DNA from: Antedon mediterranea
Taxonomy: Eukaryota; Animalia; Echinodermata
Assembly (NCBI RefSeq): GCF_964355755.1
Contig: NC_092678.1
Coordinates: 23,949,365 to 24,013,364, forward strand
Direction of reading: 5' to 3'
Length of the DNA stretch: 64,000 bases
The notes under the pieces: model-generated
Seen by the model: the letters and a program-made list of their open reading frames with translations, nothing else
Told to the model about the DNA's origin: nothing
Database searches by the model: none
Shown: one piece after another, positions 9,651 through 24,800 of the stretch
Layout of the letters: each line of letters starts with the position of its first letter
Numbering within the stretch: position 1 is the stretch's first letter
Program-made: the position numbers and the translations under genes

Positions 9651-11003
9651 TGATGAACGGGTGTTGTCGTGTACTGTGGGTCATGAGTTGGGCTAATTGA
9701 CAACCGTTCTCGTTCACTGTCCACCTCGATATCGAAGACATACCGATAAATGAATGATAAAGGTGAGGCACACAAACTGACAATCGCCATCGTGAAACCG
9801 AGCCAAAATATACCAGCGTATTCGTAGATGAGAAGAGATATCAATGGTCCAACCGCGAACGGAAGTATCGTAAAGAAGTCGTAAATGGCAAAAATACGGC
9901 CGACATCAAGAGGAAATATCTGACGGGATAAAAACGCCATGACTGAGAATATAAGAAATCGTACTACAGTTGTTGAGAAGCTTAGTAACGATGTTGGAAT
10001 GGCTATTGCCCATTCTGCCGACACCATACATAGTAACATCGAGAAGGCAGCAGTCAGTAGCAAATTAATGAACATAACAAACCACGTTTTATTGTTCATT
10101 TTTTTCATAACAAAAGCACTAAAAATGATTGCAAGTTCAAAACATATCCACTGAGGAAAGTAGATCATTGCTATCTGCCAACTATCCGAGCCAAAATCAC
10201 GTGACATCCAAACCGGTAGAACGGGATCGAGGAACGCTTTTGGGATTACCGCGACGGCCACAAGAATTGCCGAAAAAGTGATGTATGAATTGTTGACTAA
10301 ACCTTTAAATCCTTGTTGAGTGTACGTTGTTGTATTACTACTATCTGCCTCTTTAAGTTTATTTTCACTCACATCCGGGTCAGATATAATCATCCCAGCT
10401 ACAAATATACATAGATTACCAATCAATGTAAACGCTAATATAGAAAATGTTCTCTGTTGACCAAAAAGAGAAACAGCAATGCCACCGTACACAGGACCAA
10501 ACACATCAAACCCGTAAATTAACCATTCTAACGTATAAATATTATTAACAGTCTGAGGTGAATAGTTTGAGCAGGATACCAAGCCTGTTCCGGCAATGAA
10601 TATAAATGACGCACCGACACCGTGGAATATTCTGGCTAAGATAAACAGGTTGATACTGTTAGCAAAAGCAAATGTCAGCGACGTAGCAAAGAGGCATAGT
10701 ATTCCTACTAATATCGGTACATCAAATCCAACACTGTCAACTAGGATCCCAATCATAGGGCTAACAATCAATGTTGTGAGCTGTGATGTTGCGTACAGTA
10801 CACTAATAAAAAGCTCCTCGATCTTCTGCCTCTTCGGTACCCGTATGTAAGCAACTTGTCGTGTTGTCATTGTCCAAGCATTCTGCAATCGGGAACCATT
10901 GAGGTACAAATGACACGATAATTGTCACTAACGTTCGAGAAAGTAAAAGAGCGATTAAAAATCCTGTTATTTTGAGACAGGTACTTGGTTTAGAAATAGC
11001 CAT
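9626..11003 (-). CDS. Intronless SLC18 (VMAT/VAChT)-like MFS transporter, interrupted by a frameshift at ~10815-10870 (possible pseudogene or assembly indel)
   Basis: Frame A from ATG 11003 gives TM1 IALLLSRTLVTIIVSFVP (cf. VMAT ALLLDNMLLTVVVPIIP). Frame B continues ISVLYATSQLTTLIVSPMIGILVDSVGFDVP, ARIFHGVGAS, GPVYGG, AFLDPVLPVWM and FAIYDF..FAVGP, collinear with SLC18A TM2-TM12. Confidence 0.8.
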
Positions 11004-12131
11004 CACGATCACAAACTGTACTTCGTTGTAAAATCAAAAGTACTGTGGGACACACGGCCTCAAAATGAAAGTTAGACTAACCATTCATTTTCTCAGTTAA
11101 TAATTCACTTACAAATGCGTAATATAGAAGGTTTGAGAGATGTTCAACGAATTCCTTAAAATCAAGTCCATCCAAAATCATTTTTCGATTCAGTAATCAA
11201 TTATCACCGGTGTTTTCATACGTAAACAGGATTTTGTTGTTTTTGTACCTGTTGCTCTTGAACTATGGATACCGCTTTCGGATGACTTGACGTTCGATTC
11301 AAAAGTCCATATGGTTATTAACGATTAAATAACAATAGGATATTGCTATGATTTATGGTGTATCGTTTATCGTCTGTCAATACACCTGTGAGCAATCTGA
11401 TTGGTTGGTTCAACCTCTGCGTCGGACGGTACGGCTAACATTATTGATTTCTGTAAACTGTCGCGTTTAGCTTTACAATAAACACCTCTTTAGAAATATA
11501 AATATTATATTTCTGTCGACTCCCACTTATTTGAGTTCTGTTTAATAAATCTGGTACGTAGGTAGGTTGGTTACCGACGTGTGATTATTTGTCTCTTATC
11601 TCGTGTACAGACAAACTGATAAGAAGACGGACGTAGGCGGTATGACCTCATATAACATGTATTTACATTACATAACAGGATTGATACAATCAAAAAAACA
11701 CAATATAATAAATATATATTAAAATTTACATATACAGTATAATAAAAATTAAATGCAAATATATACAACAGTCGCTAGTAACCAAATTGCATAAAAACAG
11801 TACAAAAAGGCTGTTGAGTAAAATATCACCAACAGACAATTACTGTTACATTGATATTAATATTGTAATAGTCTCAAACAACAAATAAAACCAAGTTTAA
11901 AACAAAATTCAAAAGCTATTTTTATTGGGATTTCAAAATTATAAAAGAACAATTTAAAAAATAAATAATTGCACATTTTTTTGCACTAAAAAAAAGCAAC
12001 AAATTGCTTAAATCATGAAAACAATGAATAATTCTTTTTGGAAGACAAACATAGGCCTACGTATGATTCGAACCCAGACCTCTGGAATGGCAGGCAACAA
12101 GAATCTGGTCGGCACACTCTTCTTCTTATTC

Positions 12132-15100
12132 CTAAGATGCCTTCAGTGGATTTTCAGAAGCCCAACTGTGAACAGGTATATTGCGAGGCTTATCAACATT
12201 TCTAACATTAGCTGACCTCCATCTTGATTGACCTCCTGTTGGTGAGATGGGGGAGATTGTTTGTTGGAATTGTCGTTCTCTGTCCAATTTACGTTCTTGT
12301 TGTTTGTTTTTAATCCAATGACTGGCTTGTTTTGTCATTGACTGATTCAGTTGTTTATTCTGTAACAATAGAAAAGTATTAATCAATTTGAACCATCATG
12401 AAAGCTTAAGTGGTCTAATGATAGAATGTCTGCATAGGAAGCAGAAGTTTCTGGGTTCTAATCAATCTCAATTTGGGGTGCCTTTTTCTCATTCTCATAC
12501 TACTGTAGCCTATCTGTTTATAAATTAATAGGACAGGAAGCAATCATTGTAATGTGTAGGCACAGAGCAAAAACATACATTTTTAATGCATTATTGTTGT
12601 GATGTTATACTAAGGCTGTATTTCCAATTAGCACCTTTAATTATTAACTAGACATGCTAATAACGTAAGATTTGCGTTACACACACATTTCCAGAAGGTT
12701 GTAAAGTCAAGAAAATCTCAACGTTTCAGTTTCATGCTGAAACCAGCTTCTGTAGTAATGCTAGGCTGGATCTAAACACATGATGTACCACAAACCTGAC
12801 TTTACCAGTGTTTATTTGACATGCAAACCTTTAAACAATATTGAACAGAATAATAGGGATGTTTACCTGCTGTTGTTGCTTGTGTAGTTTCTTTTGTAAT
12901 GCTTCTCTATCACTGTAGCACACAGAAAGATGTTTCTAAGCAAAAACAAAAACATATTTATATAGTTTGAATACTTATATTATGTTCCTTTACTACAACA
13001 TGCAAGAACATAGCCTGCAGGGCGAGAACCTGCAATTTCTAAATTAAGAATTACTAGGAGGTTTACTCGGGTAGTGAAAAGAATTGTAGTAGGATTTGAA
13101 CCCAGGACCCAAATACTGGTAAGCAAGCATGTATAACTCAGCTTCTAACCTATGATCCTTAAAACTCTGCATTTAAATCATTTTAAAAAAGAAATATGGA
13201 AATAGAATGGGAAAAACTACTTGTACAGAGTACGTAATGTTAACTTCAATAACTTTGAAATCATAATGCACAAAGTTTTAAGAATTGTAAATAAGATTTT
13301 GTTTTTATACCTTGTGATGTTGAGCATCAATAAATGACTCATGTGTTCTTGTTTTCATTATCTTGTTTTCTTCTTTTAATTTTCTTAATTCTTCTTTCAG
13401 ACACTTGTTCTCCTCAACCAAACCCTATAAATACCAATATTCAAGTTAATTAAAAATTTAAAATAAAATAACATAAGTTAAAGGAGAGGGGTTTAAAGAT
13501 ATATGACTGAGCAATGACAGCCATTTCTCAATTCAGATTGTAAAAATATACACACTTAGGTGAACTAAAAGAACCAACTTGAAGAGTAAAATGCACTCCT
13601 AATTGTTGTTAATTGCTATTGGAGAAATTGATTTCAATAAACTTACCAAATATTTTACATCAATCTCTTGCGGTTTTGGAATGGTGGTAGGTGATTTTGG
13701 AAGACTGAAAAAAAAAGAACATATCCATAAGAAAATAAACTTCAGGACGTGTAACTGTAATATGCTATTTAGGCCTTATTATTCCTTACTAATATATTTT
13801 GTATTGTGTTAGGTTCTCTTGACTTGGTTCCCTCCGGGTTCTTTCCCTCAATATCTTAGAAGATAGAACTAGACTAATAACTAGTAAAATGTCTTGTTTT
13901 TACCTAGTTGTTTGGTTTGTTTCACGGTCAAGCTTCATTTCTTCGTAAAGTGCTTCAAAGTGAACAGCAGTGTCAAAGGTTATCTGCAATTCTCTTTCAA
14001 GATCTTCAATTCTTTTTTGAGCTGTGACATAAAATAAATCATTATTCTGTAACTAAAATATCAATGCCTTTGAGGAGTGCAATTTACATAAAACTTAAAT
14101 TTGGTAAACTTCTACACACTAAAATAGAAAAAGCACACCTGAATGTGTTAGGAGTGAAATTTGTAGCACACCTCCAACTTTCAAAAGATAAAGCTTAATA
14201 ATAGAAAGCAGCCATACTCAGTTTTTTTTTAGCATGGCATTGGTTTTTATAAAGTAGATTTACCCTTTATTATCCTATGATCAAATGCTTGTGACAGCTT
14301 ATGCGTTGTCCGCCTTGCAAGTTCTATGTCTTTAATCAGTCTACCATTTGTTTCATGTAGCATTCTTGATGCATTTTCACATTCTTCAATTATAAAAGAG
14401 TCAGATGATAGACTTCTGTAGAAAGAACGTACATTAAATTGTTTAAATGTAACAATGTTGTGCTCTACATGTATGTTGTGTTGGGTGAAAAGCCACGATA
14501 TTAACTGAAATAATAGTACAAATAGAGATGGACAGTATGCTGTAAATACGTATTTAAAGTGGATTATCTGTGGCCAAAAACTAAAAAACTGGTTTCTAAA
14601 TTTCAAAACCATCAACAGAATCTCAGTAATGTATATTATTCAACAGATTTTAATTGACAAACCTTTGGTTTCTTTGTACAGGCACATCTCTGTTAAAATG
14701 TTTCTTTTTTTCTACATTTCCAGAATTCCCATCTTTCATCTTCACCGCTTCTTCAATTTTTTGTTCCTTTTTCCCTTCACTTTCATTCCTACTTTCAATA
14801 ATTTTTCTTTCCTCTTTATCATCTTCTTTGGCCGATGTTTGTTCTGATTCTTTAACATTTTGGTCAGTCTCTTGGTCAGTGACCATTTGTGTCTCTTGGT
14901 CAGTGACCATTTGTGTTTCTCTGTCAGTGACCAATTTTGACTCTTGGTCAGTCACCATTTCTGTCTCTCGAACAGTGACTTTTAGTTTTTCCCTTATATT
15001 ATCTGTTTTTTTACTTGGTACCAACAACGCATTTGTTTCATTTTCTCTGAAAAAAAAGACACCAAATTAAGTGGTAATTATAAACTGTGTACAATGTTTA

Positions 15101-15913
15101 CAATGGTGAGTACTGCTATTCATTTATTTGTTGGACTACTTACATTTGTTGATGATCTTGTGGCTTGATTTTTTCCAGACTGTCTGACTGGCTGTTTGGT
15201 GTTGGACTCTTTGGTTGAGTGTTCGATATCTCACTATTGTTTGATGTTGGACTCTTTAGTTGGTTCTCAGATATTTTTGGATGACTTTCTTGAAGCTTGA
15301 CATTTGTTTGCGAGTTGTTTTGTTGAATATCTGTGTCTGAATTATGTTTGAATTGCTCATGGTCTGATGTTGATTTTTCCCATTTAAGATTGTTTAATTT
15401 CAGAGTTTGCAGATTGTCCACATTAGTAGACTCAAGGTTTTCTTGTTGTTGAGGTGTATACTGTTTATGAGGTACTGCCTCATCATCTTGTTGATCTGGT
15501 TGCAGTTTGTTTACCTGGTTGCTGATATCTAGTTGCAGATTGCTGACCTGGTTGGTATCCACTTGCAGATTGCTGACTTCTTTACTGGTATTTAGTTGCA
15601 GATTGCTGACCTGGTTGCTAATATCTGGTGGCGAATTGTTGGCATTCAGTTGCTGATCGCTGACCTGGTTGGTATTCAGTTGCAGATTGCTGACCTCTTT
15701 GCTGATATCTGGTTGCGGATTGCTGACCTGGTTTGTATTCAGTTGCAGATTGCTGACCTCTTTGCTGGTATCTGGTTGTGGATTGTTGACCTCTTTGCTG
15801 GTATCTGGTTGCAGATTGCTGATATCTGGTTGGTTACTGAATTCAGTATCATTAGCCTCATCAGTGCCCTTGGCATTGATATCAACATTATTGTCATTAA
15901 CTGAAGGATCCAT
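12132..15913 (-). CDS. Uncharacterised protein with repetitive acidic/Gln-Asn N-terminus and C-terminal coiled coils; approximate exons 15913-15144, 15046-14663, 14415-14264, 14022-13904, 13704-13647, 13424-13311, 12935-12867, 12359-12132
   Basis: Eight GT-AG exons join in frame from ATG GAT CCT, with an in-frame TGA upstream and a 5'UTR exon donor near 16318. Heptad-rich segments AQKRIEDLERELQ and LVEENKCLKEELRKLKEENK. No family recognised. Confidence 0.8.
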
Positions 15914-16299
15914 TCTCCTCGACACAATAAGATCTTCTTGTTTTCAATCTGGAAAGTGAATTGATTGATAATAAAATTCAAATGTGGCCATTGAGCATAA
16001 ACAAGAGGAAAAACACTTATATATAATATTGGCTATTTTGTCAAAAGGAACATCAATTAATATGTCAAAACTATTACAAACTTATTTAACACTTTAAGGG
16101 AAAAGGCAGCTCTAAGGTAAACATGACTACGGTAAAAATGACCTTATATGCATAGAGTACTGTAGTAAAAGGAGCTGCCATGACTAAAACCAACCAGTTA
16201 CTAAAAATAAGTCTGAGTAAAGACTATTTAGGCTACTAACTAGCTAGTGTTCTGCTGTTAATTGCTACAAATATTTCACTTTCATAAGTCTATCTGAGT

Positions 16300-16960
16300 T
16301 ACTAAAATAATGCATTACCTTCTAGCATCGTATGTTACGTACAAGTATTAAAAGAAAAAGCTTCAAAACACACCTCTTTTGTCAGATAAGCACCGTACTT
16401 AAGTTGTCAGTTGCCATAGTTGCACAGCGACCTCAACGTCAAAAAACGCACGGAAAGAATGCAACGCCATTGAGTCCAAATTATTTTTACTCTATGCTCT
16501 GTGTAAATCTTTAGTCGAATAATATTCTATTGAACACGGAAGTTTTTACCTCTACAAAAAGCAATGTTCTTGTTTGAAAATAGCCAATGTGTGAATATTA
16601 TTCTCGTACGATGCTTGCGGGTTAAAATGCCACTATTGCCTTTCATAGGCGAACAAATTCAGGTAAAAAGTAAATAATGAAACTAAAGAATTGTTAATAA
16701 ATATACACACCGAGTGGAACCGTAAGTTTCAAAAGTTGTGACATCCGCACACGTTTACGTTTCAAAACAAACACGACACACTTTCTGCGCGACGCCCAAA
16801 TAATGTAGTTTATTTGACAAGTAATATCTTATTTCTATAGTGTATTCTGATGCAAATGTAAATACATAAAGAATTAGTCGAGTGTGTACAGGTCAGCATT
16901 ATAAAGAAACGATTTGAACTAACCAATTGTTAACTTGCACGCCTAAAAGGTAGGCCCTAA
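16300..16960. promoter_or_regulatory. Probable bidirectional promoter between the coiled-coil gene (-) and SLC35E3 (+)
   Basis: Divergent genes, local CpG enrichment, ETS-like acggaagt (16536), CCAAT (16584) and UTR-exon donors on both strands. Confidence 0.55.
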
Positions 16961-17157
16961 GAAGTTGGGCATCATCAAGAAATTTCAACTTGAAGAGGAG
17001 CCTCTTTTCCCCGTACGATGAGTTGATACATTTCACAGTTGTAGGCCTAGGCCGATCCTAGACCTAGGTATTCCTTATCCTTAAAATGTATTGTGCAATT
17101 ACTATTTTTGATTATTTCATATTTAATTTTAATTGTCTTATTTTTTTTTTCAGATAA

Positions 17158-19506
<2,349 letters not shown>

Positions 19507-21889
19507 GTAGTTGCATTTATTTTCTTACCATCAACTAGCCTAAAATAGTCAAGATGAATTTGCCAGAGTTAACAGTATCAAATTTGTCTTACATAACAGT
19601 GTTGTATTAATTACCTATCTGGTAAATTTATTCAGAAATACAACATAAAATAAACTTCTAGAAACTAAGCCTAATATTATTGCAGTCAATAAAATAAATT
19701 GTGAAAAAAAAGTGGCATTCAAATTGACTCCAAAAAAAATATTTAGAAAGTGATTTTCGTTGCAAAATTGTCTTATTTTAACTGATATCAACATCATTTC
19801 ATTTTCACGATGAGCCACTAGGCTACACAGCTATCCGATAAGCGTGTGCAGCTCAAAATCTATATACTCTAGTATCGCAGTCTAGTAGCACATTGAGAAA
19901 CAAATGGTTTGTATATTAATTTAGAAAGTTAATACCAAATTTTGAAAAATTGAAGGATTTATTTGTTTGTTATTAATTTCTGTAATGAAATATTTGTCGA
20001 AATGTTGAAAGCCTTTATTTACTATTGAATTATCTGTCCACAGACAACATGATACCTTCTCTTACAGTAGGTAGACTTATATCTTATTATTATTATTGTT
20101 GTACACAATTGCATGTTTCATCAATTTATTAACTGTATTAACAAATCAGAGAGTTAGACCACCCGATCAAATAATTCACAGTTTTTTAGGTCATCATTTG
20201 TTCCAAACACAACCCATGTTTGTTTTTTAATACAGTATTTTAAATGCTGCAATAGCACTACTACATAATAAAAATATGTTTTTATAATTATTTTAAATGT
20301 ATTTATATGTTTTACCTCAGCTTGACAAGGAAGATCATTTTCATAATGATGAATGAAGTGTATCTTGCTTTTATGCATTGTTTAAACGTCATTGCATTTG
20401 TTTGTTATAAATGAATGCATTCATTATTTCTATCATTACTTTAAATTGTTTGATTTAAATTGTTTTTTTTTGTTCATATAAACATTTTAACTTTATTCTG
20501 TCTTTCCTTCACTGTTATATTAGTACTTTATTTTAATATTGTAAATTGTTTTTAAATGAATTGATACATTTATCTAATAACCATTTGGTATGTATGATAT
20601 TTGCTAAAATGGGTTAAATACTGTTGGTGAATAACCCATGTATGGGTTAAATACTGTAGCATGAAGGCCACTACTATTGGTGAACAACCCATGTATGATT
20701 ATTATATTATTAATTATAATGCTTTTATTTTATTTTGCAGTTCACAAAGTGAAATTACCAACATGGGTCAAAAGGAACAGCCGAATTGACAGAGAAACAC
20801 GCCTGTCATAATCAGTGCATCTATTGGTTTTTTGTAATAGACATTATTTCATTTTTAGTAAAAAATATTCAGTTTTTAAGATCAAAATGATATGGTTGTG
20901 GATTTAGAATATATTTTTGTACTTAAAAATTTTATTGTATTCAAAGCTGAGAGCTATAAAAGTAAAATATTCTCGCTATATTAATTAATATTCCAATAAT
21001 AATAATAATAATTACCATTTTTGTTGTAAATTTTTATGATGTTAAACAGATTTGAATTTAAAATGTTACGTTTTTTAAATTATCATAATTAATTCCCACC
21101 ATTTTAATATACTTTGTGTTTTCTACTTTATATGTTTATATTAAATGAATGGCCGTTATAATTTTAATAAATATCAAGTGATTTGATTTCTCATTGTTTT
21201 ATTTATATGTAGAAACTGTGGATTATATATTAAATAGTTAGACTTAGTTTAGACAGTGCAAGATACTTTCCTGATTGTATGATAGTACTTATAGTAGATA
21301 GTATTTATTTACCAGAAATTTTAAGTTAAGTGATTTAAACGACTTAATTCATTTGCGTGAGATTGCCAGTAACATAAATAAGTTTGTGTTGTAAGAAGCA
21401 TGCATATAAGAACTTATATTATCACATTTTGTAATTTGTTACATCTTTTGGAATAAAGTTACCTATATATATATATATATGATAGTAAAAGCAAAGCAGT
21501 ACTGGATGCCACCAACTACTTACAAATCATAACTGTAGTTTTTTCCTGTTAGAATAGAGGCATACAGTATTTGTTGTAATTATGGTCGACTCTCCTAATA
21601 CCAGACTCGCTGAAAACCGGAGACGCTCCCACAACCACACTTCCCTTAAGGATCAAACAGCCCACAATTCTTTTTTTTCACAACTAAAAACATTTCAGAT
21701 TTTCTAGAAACCAGATATATTATTATGGAGCGGCTTTTATACATACATACAGATACACAATATCTGTGAATATCCCCTTAACATTGTCCCATCATTGAAT
21801 GCCTCTGACTTGGAAACGCCAAAATTAACATCATTGAAAAGTGAAATAAGTTCATCTTTCTACCTCATCGAGCTGTACTTTCTCTATTG

Positions 21890-24800
21890 TCATCTTTCTG
21901 CCTCCTCTGTATTTTCTTTATTTTCATCTTCTCGTCCTTGTCTTTCAGCCTCCTGCAAAAATTCAATTTGTTTAATCTTCATTCAGAACTTTATTAATAC
22001 GAAGGACAAAGATAAAAAATCTTTTTTTTTTAAAAGGCTAAAAACAAAACAAGAACATAGTTAGTGGAGCTGACATTTGGTGGTTAATGTGTTTGCTTCT
22101 GACCTAGTGCCAAGGTTGTAAATCATAACTCTTTCAACTTCACTCCCTACACCACAAAAATGATAAATTATAGTCTATCCAACCTGTAAATTGGCGTGAA
22201 TGTGTATGAATTAAATAAAATAAAAAAATAGTTTAAAAAGATAAAATAAAATCGAATGAACAAAACAAAGGTAACTTACGATTTTCAAAAAGTCAAACAG
22301 TTTTTGAGGATCAGATCCAGATGCTATGTCAATGATGTCTGTTGGAACACTATACTGGCTGTATGGGTTTGGTTTTACACCTTCTTGATGTGTAACATAG
22401 CGAAATATATCTTCCTACAAGAGAATAATTTTTTGTGAAAGCCACAAATATTAAACACTCACTCAAACTCAACAAATTAAACATTCACTCAACTTAATGG
22501 TAAAGTAAAGACTGTACTTATGTAAATGATGATGACAGTAAAGACAATAATACAATAATATTTTTCGGAAAAAAACTCTTTCTTTGATGGTGTTCGTGTG
22601 ACGAGAGTCAGGTGTCTGTCACATGCAAATGAATCAAGTCGCCGGTGGTCAAGTGGACGAATCAGAATGGAGCGTGGTGGTGCGCGGTATTTTGGAGAGC
22701 TGTGCTGGGTGTGGTAGACAAAGAAGGACTCGCTCATGAGACGGGACAAGTCGGAGGCGCTTGAAGTGAACGGTGTTCGAGACTACTGGAAGCGAGGCAG
22801 GACGATAAGAATGGGGAAGTTGTGATGTGTACGGATGGCTAGGCAAACCAACCACTCGGTATCATACGTATCTATAGTTGTGTTGTTATGTATTTTGTGC
22901 ATCGTGAAAGGAAATAAATGGAGCTCGTGCTCCTTGCATAATACTCTGAGTGTAACACTCACTCAAACTTTTAAAAGTCATGATAAAGAAAAGATTGTAC
23001 TTATGTAAACAATGATGACTGTGACAATAATAAATAATGAAGACAGTTATACAATGCTGTTTTTTGGGAAACTCTTTCTTTGATGGTATTTGAATTCAGA
23101 GTCACCTCACCTGCATGTTACCTGGTTGCCGGTTCCTTAGTTCTTCCCAAGTAAACAGTAAACTATCGCAAACTTCACCAAATGGATTGAAGTCAATCAG
23201 CAGATAATTATTCTGAGATAAATATAAATCATAAAATCATATTAAATTAAAAAAATAAACAATAGTTTACAATACTGTAAGCCAGTCAAGAATGTCTTGG
23301 TTAAAAGACTGACCTGTTTTAGTAATGTGACATGGAAGTCATATAACAAATTATTGAAAAAAAAACTTACTGTGGCTTTCCTATAAACATCAAAGACATC
23401 TGCAAGATTAACATAATAAAGAGCAACTAATGAAATATGAAAAAATGGAAACTAAAGCATGTGAGCAACTAGATTGCAGTTAACCACAATGCATACACAA
23501 TTCAATTAAATTCAACTGATAAAAAATGTTAAACCAACAATAATAAATGTCTTACAATTTTGAAGATTACATTGTGCTGTTATGTGTCTGGAGTGAAATT
23601 GTTGGATTTCACGTTGTAGTCTAGCAGCAATGTTGTGAAGTTCTGGGAAGTAGTTTGTGAAATCTCTTTGTGATATACCTTTAAGACAAAATTATGACAT
23701 CATTTCCATTAAACGATTATTAAATAAATGATTTTAATTTTAAAACTGTATCAACACATTGTGCTTGGTTTTTTTGTCTTTAAAAATAAGTTTAAATTTA
23801 ATTGAAATTTATAGGCAGGAAGGTTTTCTACTTAAAAAAGTTAAATACACTTACCAACAATTGCTCCTTGTTTTACAAACACCCTGAACTCCATGGACTG
23901 GGCTAAACTGTACCATTTTCTTAAAACTAACTGAAAAACATAGAAAAGTAAATGTATATAAAGAATTATAAACATTTAAAATAAAAATTTTAAAAATCGA
24001 CTAAAAGATAATACTAAATTACCTCATATTGCACAGAATCAGTGTGAGAATCATTGTCATGGCAACAATCAAATCTACCAAAAAAGAAAAAACTTGTTTG
24101 TCATTGAAGTATAGTTCATACTAAGTATGTCTGGTGCTGGCAAAAATTGTAGAAAGGAAGGATTGTGGTTTTTCTTTTAACTTACGGTCTTGTTAGATCA
24201 TGTGTGATGAAATCAGAGCTTTTCAACAGAAGTAGAATTTCATTTAAGCTTTTACATTTCAAAGTATTACCAAATGCAATCCATGAGGCGTCCTAAACAT
24301 AAAAGATAAACATACATTTTTTTAATCACACTGATGTAGGTGAGCTTAAATATTTCAGATAACTAGACTAAAATAATACATCTAGACCAGTAAATTATTA
24401 GTAATAAAATAAGTAGATGCTATAAATGCTAAATTTTAAAAAATGTGGAAAAAAACAGGTTTTAGCTGAAACTGACTTGGAAAATGTCAGAGTGAGAGAA
24501 TCTAAAATTTGCTATTTAGTTTAATTTAAACTTAAAAGTTTAAATTAAATTTTAAATTATATATTTAGGCAAATTGCCAAGGATAACCATAAATGAATTC
24601 ATTCACTATCCTTCTTAAAGTTGGCAATTCTGTTCACAAACAGATACACAAGATGCTCTACATAAACAAAGTCTTATTACAAGCCTTTGGGAGTGGAGTT
24701 GTAATTTGTCATTACAAAAAATCCTGACATATGAAAGGACTTGAAACCAGAATTGGTAGCCAAGCATCATAACCACCAAGCCACAACTCCACTCATTAAT

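Noticed and set aside
10810-10910. Small intron that might repair the SLC18-like frameshift
   Set aside because: The nearby GT...AG pairs checked are very short or of the wrong phase and lack a pyrimidine tract.
14654-15959. Plus-strand ORFs of 96-138 aa
   Set aside because: Antisense shadows of the repetitive coding exons of the coiled-coil gene.
22453-22591. Possible intronic C/D snoRNA (atgatga motif) in the duplicated segment
   Set aside because: The motif is antisense to the host gene and there is no matching D box or terminal stem.
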